A DNA stretch of 50,225 nucleotides from Oscillospiraceae bacterium. GTDB taxonomy: Bacteria > Bacillota > Clostridia > Christensenellales > UBA1242. A model generated the notes under the pieces. That model had not been told where the DNA came from. It saw only the letters and a program-made list of their open reading frames with translations, and did not search any database. Positions 9,143-24,100 of the stretch are shown here, piece by piece. The stretch is taken from NCBI GenBank assembly GCA_963636895.1, contig CAVHMC010000001.1, positions 1 through 50,225 of the forward strand, given 5' to 3'. A program made the position numbers and the translations under genes. Position 1 is the first letter of the stretch, and each line of letters starts with the position of its first letter.

Positions 9143-12100
9143 TTATTTTTTTGTTACAAAGATGACTATAACTCCCGGGTCGCTAGAGTTGACATTGTCT
9201 AAGTGAGATGAAACATTGATTTTACTCTTCTCTTCACTATCGCTAATATTTGTTATCTTGTAAACATAACTTAAATCGTTTGAACTGTCTTTTGTTATGT
9301 ATGCAAGCCCTATCTTTCCATTGACACCTTGCAAATTAAGTGTAGACAATTGGTCCAAATCTATCTCCACACCTGCAGGGTTATCTGCAGAATCTGGTGT
9401 AATAAGATTTTTATTCTTTCCGTCAACTGTAAAGGAGTATGTTCCGCCACCCATAACAAAGACCTTTTTGCAAAGCAATGTGCCACTGCTCCAATAGATA
9501 GAGTCAAAACCATTGTTTTGAGTCATATCCCCAGTATTATTGCTGTATATTAAAGTGTAATCTCCTTCTGCTTTTTCTTGTTGTCCCACAATAATTGCAT
9601 TGGAGTTACTTCCCGCAAAGCCATTGGTTTGGTCGTTTGTATATATTGACAAACTATCTTTCAAAAAGCTTCTATTCCTTGCAAGGCCAATAACTGCACC
9701 TGCTGAGAAATCTTTGTTGTCCGACCTTGTTGTAGTTGTAGCAAGCGAATAGCATGACGATATAGAACTATCCGCCCCATCAAGTATACCTACAATGCCA
9801 CCCACATAAGACCAAATTTGAATTGACGTAACTTCTCTCCCCGAAGAAACCCTTGGCTCGACATATCCTTCAACTTTGCAATCTTTTATGCTTCCATTTT
9901 GCATTGTCCCCACTATTCCACCCACCGAGTCAAATCTGTTGGAATAGGACTTTATTTGGGTAGACTTCTCTACTTGACAGGCTTTTATAGTCACCATATC
10001 GGCACCATATCCAAGCACACCACCGACGCAAACATTTGCAGTCGTAAGAGACGAAGTGGATAGCCCTGCAATCTTGGCGTCAACCGTTGCATACAAAATC
10101 GTCTCGGCTTGGTTGTCTACTGTTTCCACAGCATATCCCACAACACCACCAACGTATGCTCCGCCATCGGAAGAATATCCCAGCAAGTTTACACTACCTA
10201 TGCTACCTTCTGTAACCATATTTATCGTTTTTTCTTGTTCGTCTTCCGTTTGCTTGGTAACAGTAAATTTGTCAATGTCAGCCGTTTTCCCGCCATAGAC
10301 GCGTACGTTTTTTATCATAGAAGTCGTATCCGATGTTGTGTAATATCCCACTACACCGCCAACATATGAACCACCCGAAGTTGTAGCAGATATGCAACTT
10401 GACACAACCATATTCTTTATTGTTGTATTTTCCGCAAAACCAACAATTGAGCCCGAATAAGCACGTGCTTCTACTTGACTTGCATTGATTTTTATAAAAG
10501 TATCCATAAGGTAGCCATTGAGAATGATAGCATTTTGGGTGTAACCAAATAGACCTGAATAGGTATAATTGGAGTCTATTGTAATACCTTTTATAACATG
10601 CCCATTGAAATTAAAAACACCACAAAATGAGTTTGTTCTATCCTTTCCTATTGGAGAGAAATATCTTCCGCTAAAATCTAGGTCGTTGACAAGCATAAAC
10701 TCCATATTGGAAGTTATCAAAGTGCCATCGTTGACACTATTTGCAAGCCAGACCAAATCTTCTTCGCAAGTTATTAGATATACCTTGCTTACACTAGCCT
10801 TGCTTATGCTATCTTTTGCAAAATTTGCGAGTGTATCTTCAAATTTGCCCGATTGATATGTGCCGTCTTCATTATAAACATTTTTGACACTATCAATATA
10901 GTTGTACACCAATTTTTTATTGTTGCCACTGTCGTAATCAAAGCCAACAAGGGCTTCGCTTGGCGAGTTCTTCCACTCTCTATTTAGTCCGCTCAACGAT
11001 GGATAGGTTGCCACAGCAGATGGATTTAGACTGTATTCTTTTGCCCAAAGGTCTTCTTTCTTAAAGTTGTATCCTTCGCCCGAAACTAGATTTGCAAAAG
11101 TTGGCTGTGTTTGCCCTTTTGTGACAACATTTTGTTCGGAAATATAGTAAAGTGCTGGAGTGCCAAGTTCTTGACTTGAATTGTCATAGCCATACAACCT
11201 TGGAGAAAGGTTAAAGATATTTACAATTTCACTTGTGCTATCAATTTTGCCAATAACTACACCACCTTGATAATTTTGATTTTGAGCATTAGCCACAGTC
11301 ACAAGGCCATAATAATTGTTGTAGCAATTGTATACGTTGGAACTGACCACTTCGCCTACAAGTCCGCCTACCTTATAAGTTGACGAGTCGCCCGCTTGCA
11401 CGTAAACATTGTTGTAGCTGTTATACAAACCTTTTTGTGCGTCACCATTGTCCTTGCTATTTGATAATACACCTACAATTCCACCTACACTCACCGACGC
11501 TCTTATTTTACTTGGAGAAGACGAGAGATTTGCTTGTGAGCAATCTGTATAAAGTGAGACAAGCGAACTATTGGTTGCTTGTGCAACTATGCCACCTGCG
11601 TAAGAGACATCTTGCACAATAGGACTTTCTAGCCCCACATTCTTAATTGTTGCGTCTTTTACAACACCAAACAGCCCACCAAACTCGTCATCAAAACTTT
11701 CGTTGCCAATACTGTCGTAATATTTTGATTTGCCACTAACGGTCAAATTCTTTATCTCATAATATCTTCCGTCAAATGTGCCTTTAAATGGATTGCTACT
11801 TGTCCCAATAGGTGTAAAGTATTTATTAGATAAATCGATAGATTTTGTCAATTTTATTGTAATGCCTTTACTATCAATTTCTCCGCTATTTATTTTTCTT
11901 GCCATATATGCAAGTTCTTCGGCTGAAGACACAAGATAGGTCGATGTGGACGAGTCGATTTCTTTTGTATTGTCTACCCAATAAGATGTGTTTTGATTGT
12001 TTTTTAAGGTTGGGTACCAAGTCTCATGCTTAAAATTCCAAACTTTATCAAAATCAAGCACCCAAGTAGTAGTCTCCGTATCGGTTTTCTTTCTCATCTC

Positions 12101-15100
12101 ATAACTAGATTTAAGCTTCAAGTCAGAAGAAGAAAGTGCTTTTGAGAAGAAATACACGTCGCCATTATCTTTCCCTTTAAAGAAGTTGTCGTCAAAATTT
12201 TCTTGCACGCTCTTGTATTGCCCATCGCTAAAGCAAGTATATCCCGTATAGACTATATTGCTACTGTAGGCACAGCCTGCCAAATAGTAGTTGTTTAAGT
12301 CGAAAGACACTCTATCTTCTATCTTTGTTTCTTCCTTATAGTCTCCCTTTGCACTATTGTCCACAAAACAATAACTTATATCTCCCACAATTGCACCCAA
12401 AGCATTCCTACTTGGGACAATGTCGTAAATAATTACAAGACCAACGTTAATATTGTTTTGGATATACACATAAGAGGCGTCAAAAATCTTTGTGTTGTAT
12501 ACATAGCCCACAATTCCACCTTCGTAAACAGTGCTGGAATTGTTGCTAGAAATTGTTGCACTATTGTAGTTGTCTTTGACAAAAACTTGCCCAACAGATG
12601 TAGTCGCATTTTTGCCAAGGTCTATTGCACCCACAATTCCACCAATGCCAAATATTGACGAATTGGTCGACGAAGAAGAAATGTTGCCCGAATTGTAAGA
12701 TTGCTCCACTATTGGTGTATTTTCCTTATTTTTCAATCTACCTACCACACCACCAATTGAAATGTAAGAAAATGTTGAGGACAAGACTTCAAAATCTATG
12801 GAAGCCAAGTTGGACAAAAATTTAAGAGAGTTGTCCGCACGCCCCACGACACCACCCACATCAAACGATGCAAGGGAACTTTCCAAACTATCCTCTATAT
12901 CTTCTCTTGTTATGCTCCCTGTCGATTGGAAAGAGTTGGTGTCTTCCACCACGATTTGTCCATTGTTCTTTAAATTTGAAATTGAATGTTTAACTATATA
13001 TTCAATTTTGCTATCACCTATCGCACCGCCAATAAAAGCCTTGTGTGCATTGGTTTTAACTTCAATATTGCCCGTATTTTGTGCATAACCTATGGTACTA
13101 TTGGTTGCTTTACCCACAATACCCCCGACATACAAGTACACGATGCTATCACTATCCACATAACTATTATAGGTAGAGTTTACACTTATCTTGCCCGAAT
13201 TGGTTGCATAGTTGTCGGCATTTCCAGAAATCGTCGCCTTGTCAACTTTTCCCACCAAGCCACCTATATACAAGGTTGTATTTGTATTGCTTGTCAAGGA
13301 TACACCTGCATCGTTGGTGCAAGTTGTTAGTGACGAGCCCGCCAAGCTCTCATCGCTACTCACCATCTCGCCCACAATTCCGCCAGCAATTGACAAACCT
13401 ACAGCACTATTTCTATTGAAAATATTTGATATCGTGCTATCTATTGCCTTCCCCACAAGTCCGCCAGCAATTTTACCTACGACTTCTCCACCTAAAATAT
13501 TCAAATCAACTATTTCGGCATTTTTTATAACCCCAAACAAGCCCGCATAGTCTAGGTACTTTTGATGGTTGTTGTACTCTATTGTAACTGTGCCGTCTTG
13601 GTTGTTGTATGTTACTCCGCTAGAATTTTGGTTGACTGACACATATTGGATATTCATATTGTTGCCATTAAAGGTTCCTTCAAATGGACATTCTTCTGTA
13701 CCAATCGGTATCCAATATTTTCCACTTAAATCAATATCTGTCATTAGTATAAGGGTTTTGTCCTTGTAGGTATCTTTTCCGCTATTTACATCATTTGCCA
13801 CCTTTGCCAAGTCTTCTGCCGAATTGATATATGATATTGTGTCTTCGCTTGAGGCAAATTTGCTCCAAATATATGTCTCCGCAATTTCAAGGTTTGTTGG
13901 ATATTTTGTCGCGTCGTCAAAGTCGTCCGCATAGAAATAGTTGTCCATCGTCCAATAGCCATTGTCAAAAGCCTTGTAAATAACACCCTTGCTTGAGACC
14001 TTCAAGTTGTACACTCTTGCGGTTTGATTTATTTCGTATTTAGAAGAAAGATAAATTGATGCAACAGGTTTTTCGTATTGGTCAGAGTTTTGTTCCACGT
14101 AAGGAATATTGGTTATGGAATAGGTTAAGACGACTTCTTCTACGACATATTGCACCTTTGTACCATCGTCTACGACTTCTTTTTCCACATTAAATACAAG
14201 TTGGGTTATCTTGCTACCATTAGGAAGAAGTAGATTTGGTGTTGACTTATATTGTCCTCTAATATACTCGCTTGTGTCACCTTCCCCATTAATAACTTCC
14301 TTAATAGTCGTTATCTCACCCAAAGGAATTTGTATGCCGTTTATCAAGGCATATTTTTGTTTTAGTATGTCTCTGTAGTCATAGAAAGTATAACCATTTA
14401 GGCTCCCCACACTTACACCTGTAAAAGACATATCACAAGTTGAATTTGTGTAAGTCTTTGTGTCTTCAAAATTGGTTATAACTCGGTTGGAGAGATAATA
14501 AATCTTTGGATAATATTGTTCGCCACTTTCTGTCGTTCTTATATAAAAATTACTCCAATCTTCCTTTGTTTCTTCCGTATCTTGAATTTGTATGTATGTG
14601 CCAGCCTCGTGAGTATCGTTGAGAGTTGTGACTGTGACGCCATCAACTTGCTTGTAATAGACCACACCAAATCTCAACTTGTACCAATCAAAATCTTTTC
14701 TATTTTCATAACTCGTTGCCCAATTGCCACTTGCATCATAACTTATCTCGGTGTAAAGTTCGTCAGAGTTTTTAATTGCATTTGGTGTATTGCCAACAAA
14801 TTCGTAAATCATATCTACAACGACGTCACCTACTTGAGATTTTATCTTGTCTTGAGTGTTTGAACTAGACTTCATTGCATAACTGACAAGTGGGTCTTGC
14901 GCTTCATAGTAGAAATCTTGCACACTGTATGGGTAAACCATCTGCGTATCGCCATTTTTTAAGATATTTGTGGCAAAAGACTTGCTTTGCATTGCGTCAA
15001 TTTTTGGAGAATAGTAGGTCGAGTTGAGATATTTAAAGTCGCTACTTGACTTGTATAATTTATCCACAAAATAACTCTTGTTGCCGTACTTAATTGCTTG

Positions 15101-18100
15101 CTCGCAGTTGGCACTTATGGTATCTGTAGAAGAATAGAAAGCAATAAGTCCAATAAAACCTGCAAAGGCATAATCGTTGGACGAGTAGAGTTTGCTCAAG
15201 GCACGATAGTCGTCTGATAAATAATTGTTGCCCGCAATACAAGAAGAAATAAGTGTCGTTACGTTTTCTTCCAAATTGGCTCCCCCAACATATATGCTAC
15301 GAGAGTTGAAGATTGCCCTTTCTTGCTCGTCTGTGAAATCTATAAAGGCTGACTTGTTGTATCCTGCTTCTACAAGAATGTCTTTATCATTTATTGTACC
15401 TATCAATCCGCCCACAAATTTTCCACCAAGCACAGCTCCCGTTGCTACGACACCGACAAGTCCGCCACCCACCATTCTACCTACAGCACCGCCCACCACG
15501 ACAGCTGTCTCGTTCCTTACATTGATAGTGGTGATAGAATTGGCAATAAACCCGCCATTGTTTAGCCCCACAAGCCCACCAAGACCTAGAATAGTATTGC
15601 TAGAAGAAGCGAAGAAAATGCTATCACTTTCGTCTTCTTCTGGATAAAGCGTTTGTATCATTTTATCTTGGTCAACATATTTTACCGACGAGCTTATTAT
15701 TCTCCCCCTATTTTCCCCCACAAGTCCACCCGCATATGCCATGGACTTAATAAAGGAAGTGTCTTCTAAAGAATAAGTAATATTGACATAATTTACAATA
15801 GCCTTTGTTCCTACAAGTCCAAAAGCCCCGCCAACAATGTTGCCTTGATATATACAAGTAGTGTCTATCGTGATATTGTTTGCATTGTAATTTTTAAGTG
15901 TAGAAGGGTCTACCACTTCGGTGACATCAAAGATGCCCACAATTCCGCCCGCATAAGAAAGTTTGTCCATCGAGCCATTAGAGATATACAACATGGCATT
16001 TATGTCGGATATCGCATTGTAAGTTGCATTGACAGACACGCTACAATTTATATCTTTTATTATAACATTGCCCGTTGCATAACCTGCCAAGCCCCCCACC
16101 GCATTTTTGCCTGCGATATATTTGCTCCCTTCCCCTATAATATTGATGTTGTTAAGGAAAATCTTTTTAGACGACTCGCCACCCACGAGTTTCCCCGCCA
16201 AAGCACCAACATATTTGTGCGAATTGGATATAACTTCTTGAACGACAATATTCAAGTCGCTAACAACGGTGTCGTTTTTAGAAGAGCCAGTCGACGTCGC
16301 AATCTCGGCAAAAAGTCCAAAGGAATCATCGTCAAGAATTGCACTCGACACCCTTTCCTCGTCATTAAAGTAAGAAATTGCAAGGTTGCTAAGCGTCATA
16401 TGGTTGCCTTGCAAAACACCGCTAAAGGTTTTTGACGAAGTTTTAACAAAAACATTGCCAAAATCTATATTTCTCACGAGTCTATAGAACTTGCCATCAG
16501 TGTTTTCGGACAAAATATTCGCAAAAGACTCATAATCGTAAAGCAAATATGGATTTGTCCTTGTTCCCTTTAGGTCGGACACCCCTTTTACCCTTTCGGA
16601 ATAATAATAGGACACACTTTGAAGTTCTTTCAAAACAATTTTGGTTATAACACTATCTTCATTGACGTCAACAAATATGGTATCATTGGCTCTAAAATTG
16701 TTGTCCGAGTCCACGTACGTGTTGCCTGTCAAAACCTTTATGTCAAGAATTTGTTTTGTGCCATCTCCATAATCTGCCCTTACAAAATCTAGCCCTGTGG
16801 ACGACTTTTCGGCAACAATAGTGAGTGAGTTGCCGTCTTCCAAAGGATAGTTAAAGGTGTATTGAAAAAGAGAAGCATTGTATAAAGAGGTATAGATAAT
16901 GTCGCTATCTGTATACTTTCCGCTAGAATTCTTAATGTAATATTTTGTTAATGTCAAGTTGTTTCCCACGCCTTCTGCACTTGATGTGGAATACAACTCT
17001 GTCTCGCCCTCTAAATTGAACAAAACATTTTCGCTCATCTTGTAATTTTTCTTTTTCCCGACATAAGTGTGCATACTTATCGTGTCAGTCAAAGTGGAGA
17101 CAAGGAGAGGTCTTCCTTCTATAATCGCCCAAGTGTATCCGTCTACATAATAATACTGCTTGTATGCCACAGTCACAGTGTTTGACGTTAAGGACATATC
17201 AAAATTGACAAAGTTGTCATGGGTTGAGAAAGCCGACGCTTCAAGCCCAAAAGCTTTCTTGTTGTCTGGAGTCTGCGAAGCGGACTCTGTAGAACCCGTT
17301 GAGACATAGAAATTCTCCGACGCCCAACCTTTTACGTCTTGATTACCCCTTTGAGAAATTAAATAATAACAATTGTTTAGAGTGCCATTGACAACGACCT
17401 TGTTCTCTTTTGGTCCTATAAAAGGATAAATAGCACTCGCATTGTCGCCAACTTCTCTATAAAAGATGGAATAGCATCTACTTATCACACTTGAAGAGTT
17501 TTCTTGATACACAAATCCCGACTTGATATTTGCAGTTTTTGCAAATATATTGACGTAGCAATCGTTGATAATAGACTCATTGCTATATACAAAAGCCCCA
17601 ATATTGCCACCGCCTTGACTTATGAGAGCTGTGCCGGTGTTGGTTATCTCCGCGTCAGTACTTGCCCTTGAACCTTGCACGTAGCACTCGGCAATTGAGC
17701 CTGTGTTTTGGTATGCAAAGCCACCAACGTTGCAATTTTGAGCAAGATTTTCCACTTCGCTTGAATCGAAATAACTTGATACAATCATTCCACTGTTGGT
17801 ATGCACGACGCCACCTATTTGCCCATATGCAACAACCTTAAACTCTTGCACCTTGGAATTGGTTATATATCCTGTATTTGTGTTGCCTGCCACAAGCCCG
17901 CCAATATAATTGCTACTAGACGACTCTGGAGAAGTCAAAGATATAATTCCCGTCACCTTGCAGTTGGTTATAACGCCATTGTTGGTAGAAGCAAGTCCGC
18001 CAAAGTTGATAGACGAATACTTTGACATGTCGCAACTCAAAGTTATTTGTCGAGATACATAACTTTGAGTATCTTGGTTAAACTCCACTTTACTTGTATA

Positions 18101-21100
18101 CACAACGGTTGTATTGCAGACCATCGTATCCTGAGAAATACTTGTAAACAAGCCAAGATTTCCTTGTGTAGCACTTTCTTGAGGGTCCGCAAAACTTGTA
18201 ATAAATATTTTGTAATTGTTTCCGTCAAAACTCTTGAATTTTGCTTCAAATGGAGTGTAATTTGTCAAAATAAGATCAGAAATAAGTCTAAAATCACCCT
18301 CGGTCTCTTTACTTAATGCAAGGAATTCTTCAACACTTGCCACCGGTGTTGGATTGTAGAAAGACAAGGAAGAAACAAAACTTAGCACAAAATTTTGAGT
18401 AAAATTAAATGCACTTGCATAAATTGATGTGTCATAATTGTAGTTTTCCACATTTGGCACACCTAAATATGTTTGCCCATCGACCTTGCTAGATAAACTC
18501 AACCTAACATACAAGGACATGTCGGAGACTGTATCTTCTTGATAGCCACACACTGCGACATAACTATTGTAAATTTCCACGCCAAAGGTATTGTTGTTGT
18601 AAGAACTTCCACTCTTCAAAGCACTCAAAGTCCCTTCGGAATTCTTGTAGAACCACACACCCGACGTAAAATCTTCTTCCGTCGACTTTGAATTGTAACT
18701 TGCCTTAGTTATTTTTTCTTGCAAGGCTGTGATATACTCGGCAAAATTTTCTTTTATTGTATATCCACTATTTGTCAAAAGTTTATACAAAGAGTCGCTA
18801 GCTCCATCTGTACTCTCAATATATTTGTCGTACCATTGCGAGTACCAATTGTTGGCGCTTGTTGTTACACTCTCGTCATAACATGCTTCCACATCAACAA
18901 GGAGTGGTGTCGTTGTGGCGTTTACAAGTGTCAAATAGTCTTCTGTTACTTGCCCCGCCGTTATATTTGTTACTGTGAAAAGTGATAATACAAAGGTTAT
19001 TTGCTTTGTGTCAGAAGTTATCCCCTTATCAAGAGTCAAGGTTAAAGTTATTTTCTTCCCAATAAGGTCAGTGGAGAACTCGTTTTTAGCAAAATTCATT
19101 ATGTTGACATAATAAGAGCCGTTTTCTAAATAAGGTACAAAAATCTTCTCTTGAGCTGACGTTAAATTGGTATTTGAAGTAACCTCCCACTCCGCAACTT
19201 GATAGATGTTGGAAGTTATGACGTCTAGTTTTTGTTTTGTGTTAACAGGGAGATAATATACCCCATCTTGCCCTTTAAACTTATCATCAAATTTTAGTTC
19301 CACACTTGTTTTTGAAAGGGTTTTTATTGCGACCATTTGTGTAAGAGTGATATTACCCTTGCTATCTAGCACGTCTATATACAAGTAATACACCTGCCCA
19401 TCTAAGGTGTCACTTGGAACAAGAAGCCCAAAAAACATAAATCTACTATACGAATACACACCACTGTCGTTGTAGAGATAGACGTCTTGCGCGCTCTCTT
19501 TTGTTACAATAAGTGCACCTGTGCTATCATAAGTCGTGCCATATTGCAAACTGAGTGAGAATTTATTTCCAGAAGTTGTCCCCTTGGAGTTGTACTCTAA
19601 TTGTGTAATTGTCAAAGTTTTGGTAGACGTACTTAGGTATCTAATTCTAAGATTTGAATAATCGGCGAGATATGGGTACGTTTCAAGAGTCATAAGAGCC
19701 ATTCTGCCATTGTATATAACATTGTTTTGGCTAGGAGATTGTGGGAAATCTTTATCAAGTTCCGAATAAATATTTGTTATAATTGTCTTTAAGTTCTTTT
19801 GTGGAAGAATGGTTAAAGTGATTTCTTTTTTCGATTTTTCATTTGATTTAGCATAAAACTTTATATTATAGACGAGATTTTCTTTTAGTGGCTCAAGTTT
19901 GTTGGCGTAGAAAAAGGTAAATGTGTATGCGATGCCCTTGTCCACTTCTTGTCTCAAACTTGAACACTTCAAAGCCATATCCTCGCTATTGTTTACACTT
20001 GGAGTACTTACAAATACAATCTCATCGCCCACCACATCGGTATAAGCGACAACTGTCAAAGTAAACTTCTCCAATTGATTCATTGTAATATTTGTGTCTA
20101 TATTGTTTTTAATAAATATTTCAGTTGCACCATTTTGAATATTAAGTGCAAAGTAACGCTCCTCTTCTAAAAATACGATTTTCTCCGCGTCACCTATTAT
20201 GTCTTTTATAAATGGAACATAATGTATAGACAAATTTTCATATGCAATTTTTGCAAGAAATGTAATATTCCTTGCATCTTCCACGTCAATATATTGATAG
20301 CCTTCTTCTGTGTTGTAGTCCCATTTTTGCCCATTAACGGTGAGCATTTGGTCAAGACTATCGGTGTAATCAGAAGGAATATCATCAAAATAAATCTTAA
20401 ATCTCACCCCAATTTTATTGCAAGTAGAGTCAAACGAGAGTTCTTTTCCGTTTAGCGTTCTTGTATAAGTTGCACTAGTATAGAAAGATTTTGGGCTGTT
20501 TTTTATCACAGACAAACTGCCTATTTCGCTTAAGTCGTACAAGGTAGAATCATTGGTGTAAAGTTTTACGTCAGAAGCCCCACTCATAACATAAACATTT
20601 ACAAGTGTAGTAGCCACTGAGGACAATTTTGAGAAAATTTTGAGAGTGACACTGCCCGTTTTGCACAAAGTTATCTTGCCATTTTGTATTTGCAAAACCC
20701 CATTTTGCTCATAGGTTGTAACGGATATTTTGGAAGTTTTGTAAGTTAAGTTTGGAATAACAATATTCAAAAATTCGTCTACATCAATAGTGTTTAAACT
20801 TTCAAGTTGTTCCGCACTATATAGGCCTTTTGTATCTTCAGCAAGGAACAATACAACGGAAGTAGATTTGTCCGAACTTGCATCAAGGAATCTTGTGTCT
20901 TCCCCACTGTCAGTCTTGACAGAGACAGTGATTGTTGGAGAAATAGACATAAGTGGGTTGCCATCTTTTACAAGAAAATATTTTATTTCGTCTTCCGTAT
21001 TCGTATTTGTAGCCCAATACTCGCCTGACACACCTATTGAAGTCTCCTTTTTATCAAAAGACTTTTTATTTGAGTTGTAAACATATGCAATTATATATCT

Positions 21101-24100
21101 ACTTGCATTGCCTTCTGTTGCACCACCAAGGAAATTCGTTGCAAAGCCATTGCCATAGCCATAGCCATAAGCAAAAACATCTTGAATACTTGTATTGCTA
21201 CAACTTGCGACAAATAGCCCACCATTGCCACTCAAAGTCTCCACATTGACATATGTAGCACATTGAGAAATTGATACATTCCATGCATAGCCTATAAGTC
21301 CACCCACTATCGAACCTTGCACGTCGTATCCTTGATTTGACAAATCATAATAACTTTTGACGTAAGAAAACTTCATATCCAAATAACTAGCATGTCCAAT
21401 AAGTCCACCCACATATTGACTGCCTTTCACTAAAAGGCGAGAAGTAGAGTAAGACTGCGTGTCATAATTTTCCGCACTTACATTGTTGAGAGTTACATTA
21501 TGTGTAGAGTCTATACCTTGCACCTTTCCAACTGCTCCACCAACATAATATCTTCCTTCAACATGTGCTATAGAATAACTATCCTTTATAGAATATTCTG
21601 TATCGCCCAGATTTTCATTACGCTCCAATTTTCCGACAAGTCCGCCAACATTGTCCATGCTAGGTGCAATGATACGCCCGTTTGCTGAAAAGTTGCTAAT
21701 CGTACCGCTACAATATCCCGCCACCACACCTATATTAGAGTTGCCCGAGCCTAGGGTAGAATTATCTTGTATATTTAAAACAATATTACAATCAAAGCCA
21801 AGGTCGTCGTAAGCAATTTCATAATTCTCCGCTGTTTCGGCAAAACCTACAATTTTGCCATAGTTTTTGCCTACAAAACCGCCAACGATAATCTCGGCAT
21901 TGTCTTTCCCCGAATTGACATTTATTTCTCCTGTTGTAGGCACAGCATATGTATTCTCCAAAAGGCCATAATTTTCACCTACGATACCACCAAGAGTTAA
22001 ATTGCTTGAAGTTGTGACTTTATAGGTAGAAAATTTTATCGAAACATTGGTTATCTTGCCATAGTTTGCAATAGCAAGCCCAGCAAGAGTGGCGTCGGTC
22101 ATAAGACTTATATTGTAACTATCATAATAAAGAGCTAAGTCGGATATTTCACCGTTTTCTCCTATCCTAGCAAAAATACTTTCCTTATCTCCACTAAAAG
22201 TCCCATTATGCTTGATATTTACAAACCCATAATATTTATAAGTATCTTCGCCATTTATATTTTTAATTGTATATTTTCCGCTAAGAGTTCCACCAAAGCC
22301 ATAAGCATAATAGGTGGCTTTTTCCACATATTTTGTGGCTTCCACAAATGTCCCATCGCTATTTTTTGTATAATATGGCTCCAATTTGTTTTCAAAACTA
22401 TCTTCATCAACTACAGTTGAAATTTGATAATAGTTGCCGATAGGAGCAAAATCTTTCATATTGATTTCAAGGTCTTTTGTTAGAACATAATTTCTCGTCA
22501 CAGACTCTTCGTCCTTGCCAATCGCTTTCAACTCGTCCAAGGTCGAAATATAATAAGGCATATCCTTCCCGTCGCTTACGGTAAAGTTGACAACTGCCAT
22601 GTTTTGAGAAAATGACGCCAACGACTCAACCTTAACTGTCCTAAGATAATAAGTCGTCCCCGCTTGATAATTTTGTGCTATGACATAAGCGCCTGTGCTA
22701 TCACTACAATAAAATTGCCCTTCAACGAAATCACTTTCTGATAAGTTTTCAAATTTTACGTATTCAAAATTAAAGAATTTGTTATAGGCATCTAGCGTCG
22801 TCACCTTATCTTGTGGAACAAATAACACATATCCACTTCCAACAAAAGAGGACTGAATATCAAACAAATAATTTTTTGTTTTGTTATCAAAGGAATCTAA
22901 CGTCAAACTAAACATTGAGTCGTTTTCAAAGTAGTAGGTGTTTTCTCCTATCTTTGTAGAAGCGACAACTCGAGTCAACAATTTATCGTTGTGGATATTT
23001 GTTCCCAAAAAGGACACCGATATTTGAGTTTGTTCCGTCTCCCCCTTGCGATAATTTATCTCGGTGTTGCTAGACTTGATTTCTTGCACTTCTTTTACAG
23101 GAGTTATGCTTATCCTTGTTGATTTTTCAAGAGTCTTTGTCGCCCCACCTTCAAATTGTTTTATCCCCACAGTGACAAGGATAGAACCCGACACATTGCT
23201 TGTAAAATTTTCGTTTAATCTAAACACGTAATAATCATTGCCGTCGCTTGCCTTAACCACGCCATCGTTCAATTTTGTGATATAATCGTCCTTGCTGTTT
23301 GTGATTGTATTTTGAGACAACATACCGTTTTTTGATACCGAATAATAGGCCTTAAGCACGTCATTTACATAAATTTCAATAAAACCATTGTTTGCAAAAG
23401 AATACGTTGGGTCGTTGCCGTCTTTTCCGCTTGTCTCAACCTTTATGCCAAAAATACTGTCGTCTTTGTCAAGAGTCTCAGCATCAACGATATAAGAGTC
23501 TCCACTTTTTTGCACCTTGTTTGCATAATAAATTTTGTTGGCATTTTTGACAGAATCTTTCAAATTTGTTATAACCATGGACCCAATTGGGACGTAAGAC
23601 GACAAATTTATCGTTTTATTTATTATTGACCCATTAGCATTGATAATAGACATAACAAGGATATAACTATCACTTGTGTAATTTACAAATGTAAAGCCAA
23701 AATCTCGGACGTCAAAAGAGAAATTGTTATCCCCCATAACGTAACTATTTGTGTCCCCAATAGTGGTTGACAAAGATGAGTATCCAACCACCATATTTTT
23801 AATCAAATTTGTATTATCTAGCGTGTTTTTGTATAGTGAATAATTTATTTCATAACTAGTAGGGACTGGTTGTGTAGAAATAGCAAAATAATATCTTTTG
23901 CCATATTCCACTTTTGCACTCATATCACTTTCACCTTTTGTCACAGAAGACGTCGCACTAGGGTCTAACAACTCGACATTAAGAGCATTTATTGCGGAAA
24001 AAACTTTTACTTTAATCTTATAAACATCTTTTAAATTGCTTGCCGATATTGAAATTTCAGACTCCAAAACGGTGCCTTTATAAATTTTGACAGGCTCAAT

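Noticed and set aside
12433-12618. Same-strand out-of-frame ORFs of 60-87 aa nested in the giant genes and rpoB (12433-12618, 18043-18249, 29927-30145, 37937-38155, 44738-44986, 4841-5104 and others)
   Set aside because: They are short, nested in alternative frames of strongly supported genes, have no translation signals, and are expected by chance.
15845-16435. Long antisense ORFs inside the giant genes and rpoB/rpoC (for example 15845-16435 at 196 aa, 34653-35228 at 191 aa, 32002-32484 at 160 aa, 6705-7184 at 159 aa)
   Set aside because: All are fully nested opposite a far longer and clearly real ORF. Their Pro/Thr/Ser/Ala-rich peptides are simply the reverse complement of Gly-rich GGxVG coding sequence. 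None has a convincing SD or any family signature.
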